This document shows, in pieces, positions 35,485 through 45,663 of a stretch of DNA of 64,000 bases. The stretch's first letter is position 1; every line of letters starts with the position of its first letter. Below the pieces are notes generated by a model. That model did no database searches, was not told the origin of the DNA, and was given only the letters and a program-made list of their open reading frames with translations. Position numbers and translations under genes: made by a program. The stretch is from IMG/VR virus record IMGVR_UViG_3300012943_000029, positions 66,176 to 130,175 of that record, one strand, 5' to 3'. Source of the DNA: a virus.

Positions 35485-38400
35485 TTACATCTTCTCAATG
35501 ATGTGGAAGTTCGTTACCCACGTGGTGCCTGTTCCGCTAAATGAAACTGCTATCGTGAGCGTCTGCGCTGCACCACTATTTACAGCCGCCGTACCGTTGA
35601 CTATGGCGAAGGCGTTAATTGAAGCCGTGTTAAGATCACCAGCCGTACCCACCGTTACGTTGCCGGTGCCACCAATGCGCACGGTGCCATTCAATATTTG
35701 CGCGTTGGCAGAATTGTTCGATGCGAGAATCAGGTCGAGGTCCCATGCACCATCGGAGTTTCCGGCCTGGTTCGCTGTAGTATCTGACCACAGCGTAGTG
35801 CCACCGTATGAAACAGTGATCGTAACGCTTCTCGCACTGCCAGTTGTTCTCGCAAATGTTCCACAGGTCCTGATGTGTAGCAAATTCGTTGTTCCAAGCG
35901 TACCACCTGGGACTGAATATGAAAGGACGTTACCAGCCGCGTTGGTCAACGTAGTTGGTATTACGGATTTGGTAATGACGCCAACACGCTGAGCCCAAGC
36001 TCCACCACCAACATAATCTTCTGGTGAGCCGATGCTGCTGTTATAGCGCTCCATACCAACTACCGCGGTTGGGCGCTGAGCAGTTGTGCCACTTGGAATG
36101 CGGAGGAACTGTGTGTCCAGCTCCATGATTGGGGCGTTGGCAGTGATTAGGGCGCCGGCATCGGTATTAGCGCCGACATACCATGAAAAGCCTGATGCAG
36201 CACCAGCCGTTCTGGCAGCATATGTGCCACGCGCGCCGAATACTGAAACATACAGCGGGTTCGCGTATGTGCCAGTACCAATCGTGTTGAACGTAATATA
36301 CGGCGCATCATCATCTGCGTCGGTGAGACGTAGGTATGGGGTGCTGCCGTCATATGCGTATGAAATATATCCTGATGTTCCCGGCACACCAGAATTGAAG
36401 TACACTAGCTGTGCGTCTTGGTCTGTATTGCCGGTTTCAATGTACATCGTGGCCGGCCCAGCGAGATACTGTGCTGCAAGCCCTGGTGCCGTGTAAGCTG
36501 GGCCAACGCGCATCTGGTTCGTAGCTGAAGTGCCAGTAACTGATACGTATGGGTTTGCACCAGTAACAAAGTTGAAGTTGTTGCTGCCACCGAGAACGCC
36601 GTTGTTATTCCACTGAACGTTCGTATTGGCTCCAGCTGGGACGACATTGAGCGTTACTGCACCTGTTGCACCAGAAACCGAGATATTGCTGCCAGCAACC
36701 GCGCTTGTTACGCCAGTGTTGGTAATCGTTGGGTTACCAGCAATGCCATCGCCGTTGCTGATTGAAATTGCCGTGCCTGCTGTAATCGTGCGAACTGTCC
36801 ACGTGTCAGTTGCTGTGCGGACTGCCATGCCGTTTGCAGCAAGAGCCTCAACGGCGGCGAGGTCGTTAGCGAGGGCGAGAGTTGGGTTGCCTGCAACACC
36901 GTTACCATTCGTGACGGTGATACCCGCAGCTGGACCCGTGAGGGTGCGACCAGTGAAGGTATCTGCGGCCGTCTGCGTCAAAAGACCGTTGGTGTTAAAT
37001 GCAGCAAGTGATGTTAGCGTAGCATCGAGCGGCTGCTTACCAGCAAGATCTGTTACGAGATTCGTGACTGCGCTTTCCGGAATGCCGGTGAAGTTAGCTT
37101 CAACGATCGTCAGCGTTGGGTTACCCGAAACGCCATCACCGTTGGCGACGGTGATCTTGGAGTTGGCTGAGACGATTGAGCGCTGTACCCATGTGTCTGA
37201 TGCAGAGCGAACTGCGATACCAGTCGAGGCGAGAGCTTCAAGAGCGGCAAGGTCATTCGCGAGAGCAAATGTTGGTGTGCCCGTAGAAGTTATTGGAGTA
37301 CCCGATCCAGTGATGGTCAAACCAGCTGCTGGCTGAGTAAGAGTGATAGACGTGACAGTGCCACCGCCACCAGTTGCCGAGATCGTTGGATTGCCAGATA
37401 CACCGTCGCCATTGCTGATGGAGATACCTGCACCGGCTGTAAGTGTTCTGTTGACAAATGTGCCTGCTGCAGTCTTCACAACAACACCGTTGCCAAGTGC
37501 AGCGAGGTTTACAATGAGCGTATTCTGCGTAGCCGTCGTGTGATAGTATTCGTCAGTCGTACCACCCTGCAAACCACCAAGTTCATTGTGAGAAGTAACA
37601 GATCCACCGGTGAACACCACATTGAACGCGCTCTGAACTTCCGTGAAGTCAGCATCGCTCTTCTTAATGATGATGCGGCCGATCAATGAGGCAGTAAGCA
37701 GTGGGTTTGGTGGGGTCGTTGGCGGTTGTGAGGCGGTTGTCGTGTCCAGGTTCGTGCTGTTCGTTATGCCATACACAACGTGGATCTGCCCGTCAGTTGA
37801 CAGATAAACCCAATGCGAGCCATATGCCTTGTTGCTGAGCGCGACTAATCCAGACGATGGATCGTTGTACTGTGTATTGTCGATCTGCGTCTGTGACGCA
37901 GCAGAAGCCCATGTTGTCGGCGCAGTGCGATACCAGTACGTGAACGTATCAGAGCCGCTGGTATCCTTGGCCGTCAACGTGTAGCGGTCAATGCCTTCCC
38001 AAAATGCGCCAGCGCTGATAGCAAAGTTGCGAGTGCCAGTTGCCGAAAGGATTGCGCCGCTCTCACGCTCGAACCCTTGAACCGACTCGAAACGATTGAT
38101 AATGCCGGCGAGCGAGTTGTCAAGCTTGAGGCGCGTGTAGTTGTTAAGCGTTAGCACCGTGCCAGCACGGTACACCTGCCCGATGATGACGTGGTCGACA
38201 GCGAAATTAGGTGTCGTCGTAGCTATTACAGTTGGCGAGCCGCCGTTGTAATCAACGAAGATGTAGTTCAGCGCGTTGTTCGTCAGCGCAAGTGATGGAA
38301 CAGCTGCGAAGTCAAAGAAGTAAAGATGGCTGAGCGTGTTGTCTGTCGCGTGGATTTGACCGGTGCCACCAGTAACTGCAAGCGTACCATCACCGTTGTC

Positions 38401-38694
38401 AGTGAACGTGCCGCCACTGAAGGTGCCACGCGAACCGATGATGTCGATGAACGCCTGGATGGTCTTGAACGTGGAGCCTGGCAGGTACAGCGCGTCAGTA
38501 TAGTTGATCCACGCGCCATCTTGGTATACCTCAACGCGATTGAGGTCTGTGTTGTAGCGGGCTGAGCCAGCGTCTGCCCCAACAGGGCGCTCTGCCGTAG
38601 TTCCATTCGGCAGATCGAGAGCCCCAGTACCACCGATGGTAATCGTACCAGTACTTTCGGGGGTAATGGTCTCTGTGTCGTAGTTAAAATCCAT
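35485..38694 (-). CDS. long tail/head fibre protein
   Basis: GTTAERP motifs, repeated NGDGVSGNPT and LANDLAA.EAL, Gly/Thr-rich. Confidence 0.8.
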   Translation of the reverse strand: MDFNYDTETITPESTGTITIGGTGALDLPNGTTAERPVGADAGSARYNTDLNRVEVYQDGAWINYTDALYLPGSTFKTIQAFIDIIGSRGTFSGGTFTDNGDGTLAVTGGTGQIHATDNTLSHLYFFDFAAVPSLALTNNALNYIFVDYNGGSPTVIATTTPNFAVDHVIIGQVYRAGTVLTLNNYTRLKLDNSLAGIINRFESVQGFERESGAILSATGTRNFAISAGAFWEGIDRYTLTAKDTSGSDTFTYWYRTAPTTWASAASQTQIDNTQYNDPSSGLVALSNKAYGSHWVYLSTDGQIHVVYGITNSTNLDTTTASQPPTTPPNPLLTASLIGRIIIKKSDADFTEVQSAFNVVFTGGSVTSHNELGGLQGGTTDEYYHTTATQNTLIVNLAALGNGVVVKTAAGTFVNRTLTAGAGISISNGDGVSGNPTISATGGGGTVTSITLTQPAAGLTITGSGTPITSTGTPTFALANDLAALEALASTGIAVRSASDTWVQRSIVSANSKITVANGDGVSGNPTLTIVEANFTGIPESAVTNLVTDLAGKQPLDATLTSLAAFNTNGLLTQTAADTFTGRTLTGPAAGITVTNGNGVAGNPTLALANDLAAVEALAANGMAVRTATDTWTVRTITAGTAISISNGDGIAGNPTITNTGVTSAVAGSNISVSGATGAVTLNVVPAGANTNVQWNNNGVLGGSNNFNFVTGANPYVSVTGTSATNQMRVGPAYTAPGLAAQYLAGPATMYIETGNTDQDAQLVYFNSGVPGTSGYISYAYDGSTPYLRLTDADDDAPYITFNTIGTGTYANPLYVSVFGARGTYAARTAGAASGFSWYVGANTDAGALITANAPIMELDTQFLRIPSGTTAQRPTAVVGMERYNSSIGSPEDYVGGGAWAQRVGVITKSVIPTTLTNAAGNVLSYSVPGGTLGTTNLLHIRTCGTFARTTGSARSVTITVSYGGTTLWSDTTANQAGNSDGAWDLDLILASNNSANAQILNGTVRIGGTGNVTVGTAGDLNTASINAFAIVNGTAAVNSGAAQTLTIAVSFSGTGTTWVTNFHIIEKM

Positions 38695-38723
38695 TGCTTA
38701 CCCTTGTGAGGCAGCGACTTCGG

Positions 38724-41174
38724 TTAGTTCGTAACCTCGGTCGTGCGAACCGTTGCCACCCAGCGGATGGTCTTAGCAGCTTCACCAGTGACAGTGATGC
38801 GAAGATCACCGGTCGTGGCGTTAGCCGTAACGGCGGCATCCCAAGAAGCATTGGTCTCACCGACGACAGTCTTCGACACAGCGCCGACGAGTGTGTTCGA
38901 TGCGGCAGTACCATCCTTACGGATAACACCGACGAAGCGGTAACCTGAACCACCGCCAGTTGCATCAGTGCGGCGGGCTGCGATGAGAATGTCAAACGTA
39001 ACGACTGAGTTGTTTGAGAACACGAGGCGCTGAGTTGCAGCAGCACCGTCAAGGAACAGAGCCGCTGGTGTGGCGTTGTTCGTGATGGCGCGAAGAACGT
39101 AGGTTCCTGCCTGTGCATCACCGTCAGTTGCAAACTTGCCGTTGGCGAATGCCTTGCTACCGAAGATCGATGCGCTTGAACCCTCACCGAACGCCTGAGC
39201 GTTGGTGCCAGTTGCTGAAGGTGCTGATGGCGTAACAGCGTTCTCAGCGTAGAGCTCAAGACCTGCATTTGGCGGCAGATCTGCAGCAACGATGGCGCGG
39301 AAGGTTGGCTCATCGCTACCACCACTTGCTGGACCGGCGAACACCGTGTTCGCGGCCTGTGAAGCGAGTGTGAGTGTGAGAGTGCCGGTCGTTGTGACTG
39401 GTGAGCCGCTGATCGTGTAGATCGGAGCGGCTGAAGCATCTGCTAGGGCGACGCTCGTAACACCCGTGTTGGCGATCGTGATCGTGCCTGCGCCGTTGGT
39501 GACGGAGATACCCGCACCTGCGGTGAGAGCCGCAACCGATGGGGCACCGCCGGTAGAACCGATGAGGAGCTGACCATTCGTTGGAGCGGCCGACGAAACA
39601 ACCTGCTTGCTTGCGTTCGAGTAGACGAAGGTGTTCGCCGTGTTCGAAGCAACTGCGAGGGTGGTCGTAACTTCAACAGAACCCGGAGCGATGAGCGCTG
39701 AAGGCAGGCTAAGCGTGACCGAGCCAGTTGATGCCGAGGCGGTGATCTGGTTGGTGGTACCAGCGATTGAGGTGACACCATCGTTGGTGATGGTGACGGT
39801 GCCAGTTGAAGCATCAACGCTGATGCCATCACCAGCAACTGCTGACGTTACGCCAGTGTTGTTGATGGTGATCGTGCCTGCGCCGTTCGTGATACCGATT
39901 GCAGTGCCTGCAGTAATGGTGCCAAGCGTGTAGCCGGTGCCGTTACCAATCAAAAGCTGACCGTTAGTTGGGGTAGCCGAAAGTGCCGTACCACCGTTGG
40001 CGGTAGAAACTGGCGATGAGAGCGCGAACTCTGTACCAGTCAGCGTCAGACCGTTACCTGCCGTGTAGGTGTTCGTACCAGCAAACTGCGTGAAGCTTAC
40101 TGGATCAGTGTCAATGTCTGAAACGTCATTGAACTGTACCCATGCGGTGTCCGCAAACAACGTACCCTGCTCGACGAATACGGCAGCGCCGTTGATTTCG
40201 TTGATTGGCGTAGTTGCATCCATGTCTGTGGCGCGAACCCATGCACCAGCGTGGGCGACATAGATACCGTTTTCTTCAGGGGCAGCCTGATCCTTGACGA
40301 GGACGCGCTGACCGTCGGTCACAGTTACACCGTCAACAGTCAGGAGACCGCCGGTGGTGAGATCAATGTCAGCAGTAGTAGCGGCAGTTGCGGTCTGCTT
40401 CCATGACAGGCCCGTGGCAATTGCGTCGACGTATGACTTGTTGACAACGTCGCTGTCAGCCACTGGGTCTGGAACGCCGGTTACTGTTGCGCCACCGGTG
40501 AATACGAGATCACCAGACATCGTGTCGCCGGTGACATTCACGTATGTGCTGTCGACGAGAGGGGTAATGTCGCCTGCAACAACTGCTGAAGTGGCGGTTA
40601 CGCGACCCTTTGCATCAGTCGTAATCTTGACGAATGCGCCAGATACTGGGGTGCCAGCATCGACGAGGTTGATTGTTGGGTTGCCAGATACACCATCACC
40701 GTTCGTGACTGAGATATTACCGGCTGTGCCAGCGATTGAGCGTTCGACAAATGTGTCGACGCCTGACTGAACAACAATGCCAGTTCCACCGCCAGCGGCG
40801 AGGGTAGCAACAGCCTGGAGACCAGTTGAAATATTGACAGTGAGAGTACCAGTGCTAGTGACTGGACCTCCACCAACGGTAACACCAGTTGAAGACGTGC
40901 CGATGTCTACACTTGTTACAGAACCAGAAGACGTGGAGAGAGTTTCCCAGGTAGTGCCGTTGTAGTACTCGAGAAGAGTAGTTTCGGCGTTCCAACGGAA
41001 CATACCGCCAACGCCAGTTGGGCGTTCAGCTGTCGTACCCTGAAGCAGTGTAAGAGCGCCGGTTCCGAGGAGCGATAGAACTCCAGCAGTTCCACCAAGC
41101 GGTGGCAGCTGCGAACAATCCAGGGTTTGAATGGTATCAATCAACCCGGTGTCAAAATTAAAGTTCATGCTCAA
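38724..41174 (-). CDS. fibre protein
   Basis: GTTAERP, NKSYVD, RVLVKDQ...ENGIY, PTNGQLLIG repeats. Confidence 0.8.
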   Translation of the reverse strand: MSMNFNFDTGLIDTIQTLDCSQLPPLGGTAGVLSLLGTGALTLLQGTTAERPTGVGGMFRWNAETTLLEYYNGTTWETLSTSSGSVTSVDIGTSSTGVTVGGGPVTSTGTLTVNISTGLQAVATLAAGGGTGIVVQSGVDTFVERSIAGTAGNISVTNGDGVSGNPTINLVDAGTPVSGAFVKITTDAKGRVTATSAVVAGDITPLVDSTYVNVTGDTMSGDLVFTGGATVTGVPDPVADSDVVNKSYVDAIATGLSWKQTATAATTADIDLTTGGLLTVDGVTVTDGQRVLVKDQAAPEENGIYVAHAGAWVRATDMDATTPINEINGAAVFVEQGTLFADTAWVQFNDVSDIDTDPVSFTQFAGTNTYTAGNGLTLTGTEFALSSPVSTANGGTALSATPTNGQLLIGNGTGYTLGTITAGTAIGITNGAGTITINNTGVTSAVAGDGISVDASTGTVTITNDGVTSIAGTTNQITASASTGSVTLSLPSALIAPGSVEVTTTLAVASNTANTFVYSNASKQVVSSAAPTNGQLLIGSTGGAPSVAALTAGAGISVTNGAGTITIANTGVTSVALADASAAPIYTISGSPVTTTGTLTLTLASQAANTVFAGPASGGSDEPTFRAIVAADLPPNAGLELYAENAVTPSAPSATGTNAQAFGEGSSASIFGSKAFANGKFATDGDAQAGTYVLRAITNNATPAALFLDGAAATQRLVFSNNSVVTFDILIAARRTDATGGGSGYRFVGVIRKDGTAASNTLVGAVSKTVVGETNASWDAAVTANATTGDLRITVTGEAAKTIRWVATVRTTEVTN

Positions 41175-41187
41175 TCTCCGGAAACGT

Positions 41188-41216
41188 CTTTGGACCTACT
41201 GGTATTTATGCCAAAG
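41188..41216 (-). promoter_or_regulatory. late promoter TAAATA (41203-41208) in a CTTTGG/CCAAAG hairpin
   Basis: Perfect 6-bp inverted repeat around the box. Confidence 0.55.
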
Positions 41217-41260
41217 GGCATGTGGCGCTGTTATGGGAACAACAGCGGCTGGAGATTTGA

Positions 41261-42493
41261 TCAGTTTGTAATTTCTACGGTCTCTACAACCGCCAACCAG
41301 CGGATTGTCTTTCCGTTCTGACCCTGCACCGTGAGCTTCAGGGCGCCGGTAGTGGCGTCTGCCGTAGCTACAACGTTCCATGAGGTGTTGCTTCTGGCAA
41401 TAATTTGGCTGCTTACCTTACCCTGCAACGCTGTAGTGGCTGCACCGGCACCACGGTAGATGACGCCCTTGAGCTCGAACCCAGCGTGACCATCACCTGC
41501 ATCCGTGCGATGAGCCGTGACTGTGGCCTTGAATGACCAGGTAGCATCATCAGGGAGGGCCAGAGAAATTGAACCACCTGGACCATCAATGAACATCGGC
41601 GTTGCGGCACCATTGATTGTGCTAGCGCGCAGCGCGTAACGACCAAACTGGGCGTCGCCAGAACTTGCGAAGCGACCATTGGTCCAAGCAAGTTGACCTT
41701 CTGTACGAGTAAGTGACTGTGGGCCGAGAGCAATGGAATTTGGAGCCTGGGCTGCCGATGCTTGACCGATTGCTACAGCATTGGTACCTGTCGCAGAGGG
41801 TGCAGAAGGTGTGACAGGGTTCTCAGCATACAGCTCTAGCGCGCTACCCCCACCACCTCCACCGGTTGAAGAGATGGTGATCGTGCCGGCCCCGTGCACA
41901 ACTGAAACGTTGGAGCCGGCGTTGATCGTCTTGTACTCAAGAGCCGTTCCACCAGCATTCATTCCAAGGATCTGGTTCGCAGTTCCAAGATCAAGTGATA
42001 TTGTAGGATTTCCGGCTACACCATCGCCATTAGCAATGTTGATGAGCGGGTTGCTTGAAACTATTGAGCGGGCTGCGCTCGTCGTTGGGCTCGTGATTAC
42101 ATAGATGCCGTTTGCAGCGATGTTGTTGAGAGCGCTAACGTTGCCGCCATCCTGACCGCCGTAGATGAACGACTGGTGAACGGTCGCGGCGGTGATGCGA
42201 TGGTCAACGAGGGTATCACCTGCTGGCCATGACTGCGCTGTCGTGCTTTCCCAACCACGCACGAGGCCGGTGAGAACGTCGCCTGAACGGCCAGTGACCT
42301 TGATAATTTCACGGCTAACAGGTGATGCGACATCCTCAAGCGTGATGAGGAAGAACTCGCCAGGGTTTGCTGGCTGAGGGAACTTGGCACCAAGACCTGG
42401 TTGAACTGTAAGCGTTACATCGCCAGCGCCAATGCTGTTCTGCAGCAGTGATACGGCGTTGTTGGTCCACAGTTGAAGAATTACTTGGCTCAC
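41261..42493 (-). CDS. fibre protein
   Basis: N-terminal EIIKVTGRSGD.LT..RG.E.T...W anchor domain; C-terminal domain shared with 38724-41174. Confidence 0.8.
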   Translation of the reverse strand: MSQVILQLWTNNAVSLLQNSIGAGDVTLTVQPGLGAKFPQPANPGEFFLITLEDVASPVSREIIKVTGRSGDVLTGLVRGWESTTAQSWPAGDTLVDHRITAATVHQSFIYGGQDGGNVSALNNIAANGIYVITSPTTSAARSIVSSNPLINIANGDGVAGNPTISLDLGTANQILGMNAGGTALEYKTINAGSNVSVVHGAGTITISSTGGGGGGSALELYAENPVTPSAPSATGTNAVAIGQASAAQAPNSIALGPQSLTRTEGQLAWTNGRFASSGDAQFGRYALRASTINGAATPMFIDGPGGSISLALPDDATWSFKATVTAHRTDAGDGHAGFELKGVIYRGAGAATTALQGKVSSQIIARSNTSWNVVATADATTGALKLTVQGQNGKTIRWLAVVETVEITN

Positions 42494-42717
42494 TCGACGA
42501 TGCCTCCAAACTTCACGGCAATCTCAGTGAGCTGTGTCTTCGTCGTAGGCTGAGCTGCAGATGTAGCCGCCTCAAACTCGGCAGCCTTTTCTGCTGGGAT
42601 AGTGCATGTGGCACGTGAAATACCAAGCTCAGCCTCGTACACCTGGTACTTCCTTTTAGGCGGTGCCTTCTGCTCAGCTTCAATGCCGGTAATAAAGTCG
42701 AAGCGCTTCTTCGTCAT
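42490..42717 (-). CDS. hypothetical protein
   Basis: ORF, GTGA overlap. Confidence 0.6.
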   Translation of the reverse strand: MTKKRFDFITGIEAEQKAPPKRKYQVYEAELGISRATCTIPAEKAAEFEAATSAAQPTTKTQLTEIAVKFGGIVE

Positions 42718-42730
42718 TTTTCGTGGTGTC

Positions 42731-42934
42731 TTACTTTAGAATTGCCACCACAAGGGCGATCACTGAGATGATGATCGCGACGGTTGTTGACTTGATGTGG
42801 AACTTGCGACCAAGCTCAACAGACTTAACGCGGGCCTCAACATCGGCGGCCTTAGTTTCGAGCTCTCTGATGATGTCATCTTCGAGTTTCTCAATGTCGG
42901 CGACGGTGGCAATGTCATGTCCAAGCAGCTTCAT
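42731..42934 (-). CDS. small protein with a C-terminal transmembrane helix
   Basis: Coiled coil followed by VAIIISVIALVVAIL. Confidence 0.6.
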   Translation of the reverse strand: MKLLGHDIATVADIEKLEDDIIRELETKAADVEARVKSVELGRKFHIKSTTVAIIISVIALVVAILK

Positions 42935-43011
42935 TCTTCGCTCCAATAAAGTATGAGGCGAGACCGCATGGTCATCGCCGAAGAAAATGTCCCAATTAGA
43001 AAAGCTTACGT

Positions 43012-43197
43012 CTAGTCTAGGTCGTCAAGCTCTTCATCTAGTAGCTCTTCTTCCAGCTCTTGAACGTAACGCTTGAAGTTGATGCGAGCAGAGCGGTTGT
43101 CTCTTGCATCTTCTGAAAATCCGCGGGCGCGGCGCTTTTTCTTATCAAGTGCACGTGGCTGATGGTGGTTGCTACCATCTGAATTTTGGGTTCCCAT
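43012..43197 (-). CDS. small protein with basic middle and acidic tail
   Basis: AGGAG RBS; ends ELEEELLDEELDDLD. Confidence 0.6.
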   Translation of the reverse strand: MGTQNSDGSNHHQPRALDKKKRRARGFSEDARDNRSARINFKRYVQELEEELLDEELDDLD

Positions 43198-43210
43198 CTT
43201 CTCCTGTCCT

Positions 43211-43241
43211 AAACAAATAGGGCCTGTGTATTTATGCCCTA
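43211..43241 (-). terminator. intrinsic terminator with a late promoter TAAATA (43229-43234) in its loop
   Basis: UAGGGC/GCCCUA stem followed by UUUGUUU. Confidence 0.6.
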
Positions 43242-43772
43242 CGGAAGTTTGAATGTGCTCAAGTCGTACTTCAGGGCTCTCTTTCCGCATACGTAGTCGC
43301 CCAGCTCAATCCCGCCAGCCCGATACGCCTGCTTCCAGTCATCTGCAAAGCTTGGGTTAGCTGTGATGATGCCTTTCAGGGCTGTGTTCTCTGCCGATGA
43401 GGTGTAGTGAACCTGACGGTAGTCGTCTACTATGTCCCTGATGACGAATGGGCTGACTGAGGAGCTGCTCAAGACGTGTCGGAGCGCTGAGACGCCGCCC
43501 TCCTGTCGCCCGCGAAAGTGCTCTTTCGTCTTGTGGAAGCTCTTGCCTGTCGCCAGAGCGCGCTGCCATGCAAGAACACACTCCTTGCTGATGAGGCCAG
43601 AATGGATCGGGCTCATCTCATAGAGGAGGGTTCCAATGATGCGCGCGTAGGTATTGTGAGTGAGCTTATCCTTGTTGGGATCCGCTAAGAAAGCGGTGCA
43701 GCTCTCAAGAATTCTACCAAAGCGAATGTCGTCGGCGCGGTTTTTGTAGTACGGTTTTCTTGTACCAGCCAT
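43239..43772 (-). CDS. hypothetical protein, possibly HNH-like
   Basis: EH...H...EN spacing is weakly HNH-like. Confidence 0.6.
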   Translation of the reverse strand: MAGTRKPYYKNRADDIRFGRILESCTAFLADPNKDKLTHNTYARIIGTLLYEMSPIHSGLISKECVLAWQRALATGKSFHKTKEHFRGRQEGGVSALRHVLSSSSVSPFVIRDIVDDYRQVHYTSSAENTALKGIITANPSFADDWKQAYRAGGIELGDYVCGKRALKYDLSTFKLP

Positions 43773-43802
43773 GCCGTATCTATAGGCATGGCAACCAACA
43801 GT

Positions 43803-44294
43803 TTACTGTTCAAAAATCCAGAGGTGATGGTTCACTGTTGGAAAGTTATCGAATACCGCATCAATGATATCTGATATGACGGCCCAGCTGCCATTGCCTA
43901 GCCCAGCACCGATGAGCGGGTAGTGCACGTCAAGCTTGAGATTGTCAGCAAGCACGGCGACTTGAAAGAAACTGCTGTGAACAGCCTTGTAGCTGACGTA
44001 CTGCTTCGTCTGGTCCTTACCAAAATTTTCCTGTGTGATTGCGTTTACGACCCACAGCTCAGGCCCCTTCAACAGCGAGTTGCTGCCGACGCGCTGCGGT
44101 GCGATCTCACCAAGCACTGGTTCGCCAAGTGAACGGCGATGGCGACAAAAGTCGGCGTACGTTTGAAAAGCGGCTGGGTATTTTTCCTTGATGGACTTTG
44201 CTACACCGCTACCCATCACGCCCTGCGCGTTGCAGCCATGAACGATAAGCCCCTCCTGAACGGAGAGCAGATCACCAAATCTAACCCGCTTCAT
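43803..44294 (-). CDS. macro domain (ADP-ribose binding/hydrolase) protein
   Basis: GDLL, IVHGCNAQGVMGSGVAK, NAITQ, PLIGAGLGNG. Confidence 0.9.
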   Translation of the reverse strand: MKRVRFGDLLSVQEGLIVHGCNAQGVMGSGVAKSIKEKYPAAFQTYADFCRHRRSLGEPVLGEIAPQRVGSNSLLKGPELWVVNAITQENFGKDQTKQYVSYKAVHSSFFQVAVLADNLKLDVHYPLIGAGLGNGSWAVISDIIDAVFDNFPTVNHHLWIFEQ

Positions 44295-44694
44295 ATGCCT
44301 TCCTTGAAGTACCAGCCAGCTCCTTGGCCTCAAGAAGTTTCTTGTTAGCGTACCCATTGATGATGGTGATTGACAAGAGCTGCTTGCTCGCAGATGATGG
44401 CAGCGCCATGTTCTCGTTCACCACGTAGCGGGTCAGCACATCGATGATAGGCTCTTCATTGAGAACGACGGTTCCAAATGGGACTGTGCCACGGCCAACC
44501 GTATCGCGCAGCGCCTTGACGGCCTGCTTGGCTGAGAATTCTACTTCCTCTGGGCAGATGTAAACCCAAAAGTCGTATGTTCGTTCCGACTGCGGTCTAA
44601 GCAGGAACGATATGCCACCGCGTGAATGGACCGCTAGGCGATGCGCCCGTCGATCATACCACTGTGGTCTAACGTGTCGAAATATCTCACTCAT
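44281..44694 (-). CDS. hypothetical protein
   Basis: ORF in operon. Confidence 0.65.
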   Translation of the reverse strand: MSEIFRHVRPQWYDRRAHRLAVHSRGGISFLLRPQSERTYDFWVYICPEEVEFSAKQAVKALRDTVGRGTVPFGTVVLNEEPIIDVLTRYVVNENMALPSSASKQLLSITIINGYANKKLLEAKELAGTSRKAYEAG

Positions 44695-45179
44695 TCAGCC
44701 GATCTTGGTTCCAGCCCGTGCTGCTGGCGAATTTCATTGATGACTGTATAGCCATCATGGTTCGGCGAGAACTTCGAGCCAGCTCCATGCTTGTAATCGA
44801 GCTCACGCTCGAGCAGCGTAAGCTCATCGTAGAACTTTTTCTCGGCCTCAACGAACACCTCGAGGTCCCTTGCAGCATTGACAAGCGCAAGGTCTGAAGT
44901 GCGAAGGTTGTCGAAGTTCTCATCCCACCAGAACTTCACGAAGTCTGGTTCACAATCATCACCGAATGTGAGGGTGCCTGAGGCGCCAGTAGAGAAACCG
45001 ATAACAGACAGGCGAATGCGTTGGCCGTCATAGTCGATGGCACTGTTTCCCTGGTGAAGCAGCGTGACATTGTAGCGCTTCTCCATGGTGCGCAGCCACT
45101 CGAGCACCTTGACTGGGATCGACTTGAGCAGCTTCTCTGAGAGCTGGTCGTCTGCGTAGTATTCGTTGAGTTCGTCCAT
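44691..45179 (-). CDS. hypothetical protein
   Basis: GGAG RBS before MDELNE. Confidence 0.65.
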   Translation of the reverse strand: MDELNEYYADDQLSEKLLKSIPVKVLEWLRTMEKRYNVTLLHQGNSAIDYDGQRIRLSVIGFSTGASGTLTFGDDCEPDFVKFWWDENFDNLRTSDLALVNAARDLEVFVEAEKKFYDELTLLERELDYKHGAGSKFSPNHDGYTVINEIRQQHGLEPRSAE

Positions 45180-45190
45180 TGTTGTCTCCA

Positions 45191-45463
45191 TCACGCGTTT
45201 TTGTCGGCGTGCCATTTCTTGAAGAGCGCAAGTTTCTTTTCTGTGCGCGTCATTATGTGTTCTTCGTTGAGCCCAAAGGTCTGACATACGAGGCCGATGG
45301 CAGCGATCACGTCAGCCACTTCTTCCTCGAGGCGCTGCTTCATTGAGCCAGCTCCATCTGGATGCACGTCAGTGTGCATGAAGGCGACCTTCTTGGCGGC
45401 AATCGCTGTCAGCTCGCCACATTCTTCCATGAGCTTCGTGAGCCCGTTGTTTGACATCGTCAT
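45191..45463 (-). CDS. MazG-like nucleotide pyrophosphohydrolase
   Basis: KLMEECGEL...LEEEVADV. Confidence 0.75.
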   Translation of the reverse strand: MTMSNNGLTKLMEECGELTAIAAKKVAFMHTDVHPDGAGSMKQRLEEEVADVIAAIGLVCQTFGLNEEHIMTRTEKKLALFKKWHADKNA

Positions 45464-45663
45464 GCTGATTTCACCTGCACTTCCTTCAAGTGGTTGCCAG
45501 CTGTCAGACAGTCTGGGCAGAAGTCGACGCGCATGCCATTCCACTTTGAGATGGCGCCAGTCAACCAGCCGTACTTGCTCAGCAGGTGCGTGATGTTCTC
45601 ACCTGCTGGGAACTCCTCATGGTTCCGGCAGCCATTGCACTTGATGACTGTGTGAAGGCTCAT
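45460..45663 (-). CDS. small zinc-ribbon protein
   Basis: CNGC...GW...CPDC. Confidence 0.6.
   Translation of the reverse strand: MSLHTVIKCNGCRNHEEFPAGENITHLLSKYGWLTGAISKWNGMRVDFCPDCLTAGNHLKEVQVKSA

Noticed and set aside
35485-42493. Diversity-generating retroelement or invertible tail-fibre shufflon
   Set aside because: No reverse transcriptase or invertase in the window. Shared segments are diverged at synonymous sites, not adenine-specific near-identical repeats.
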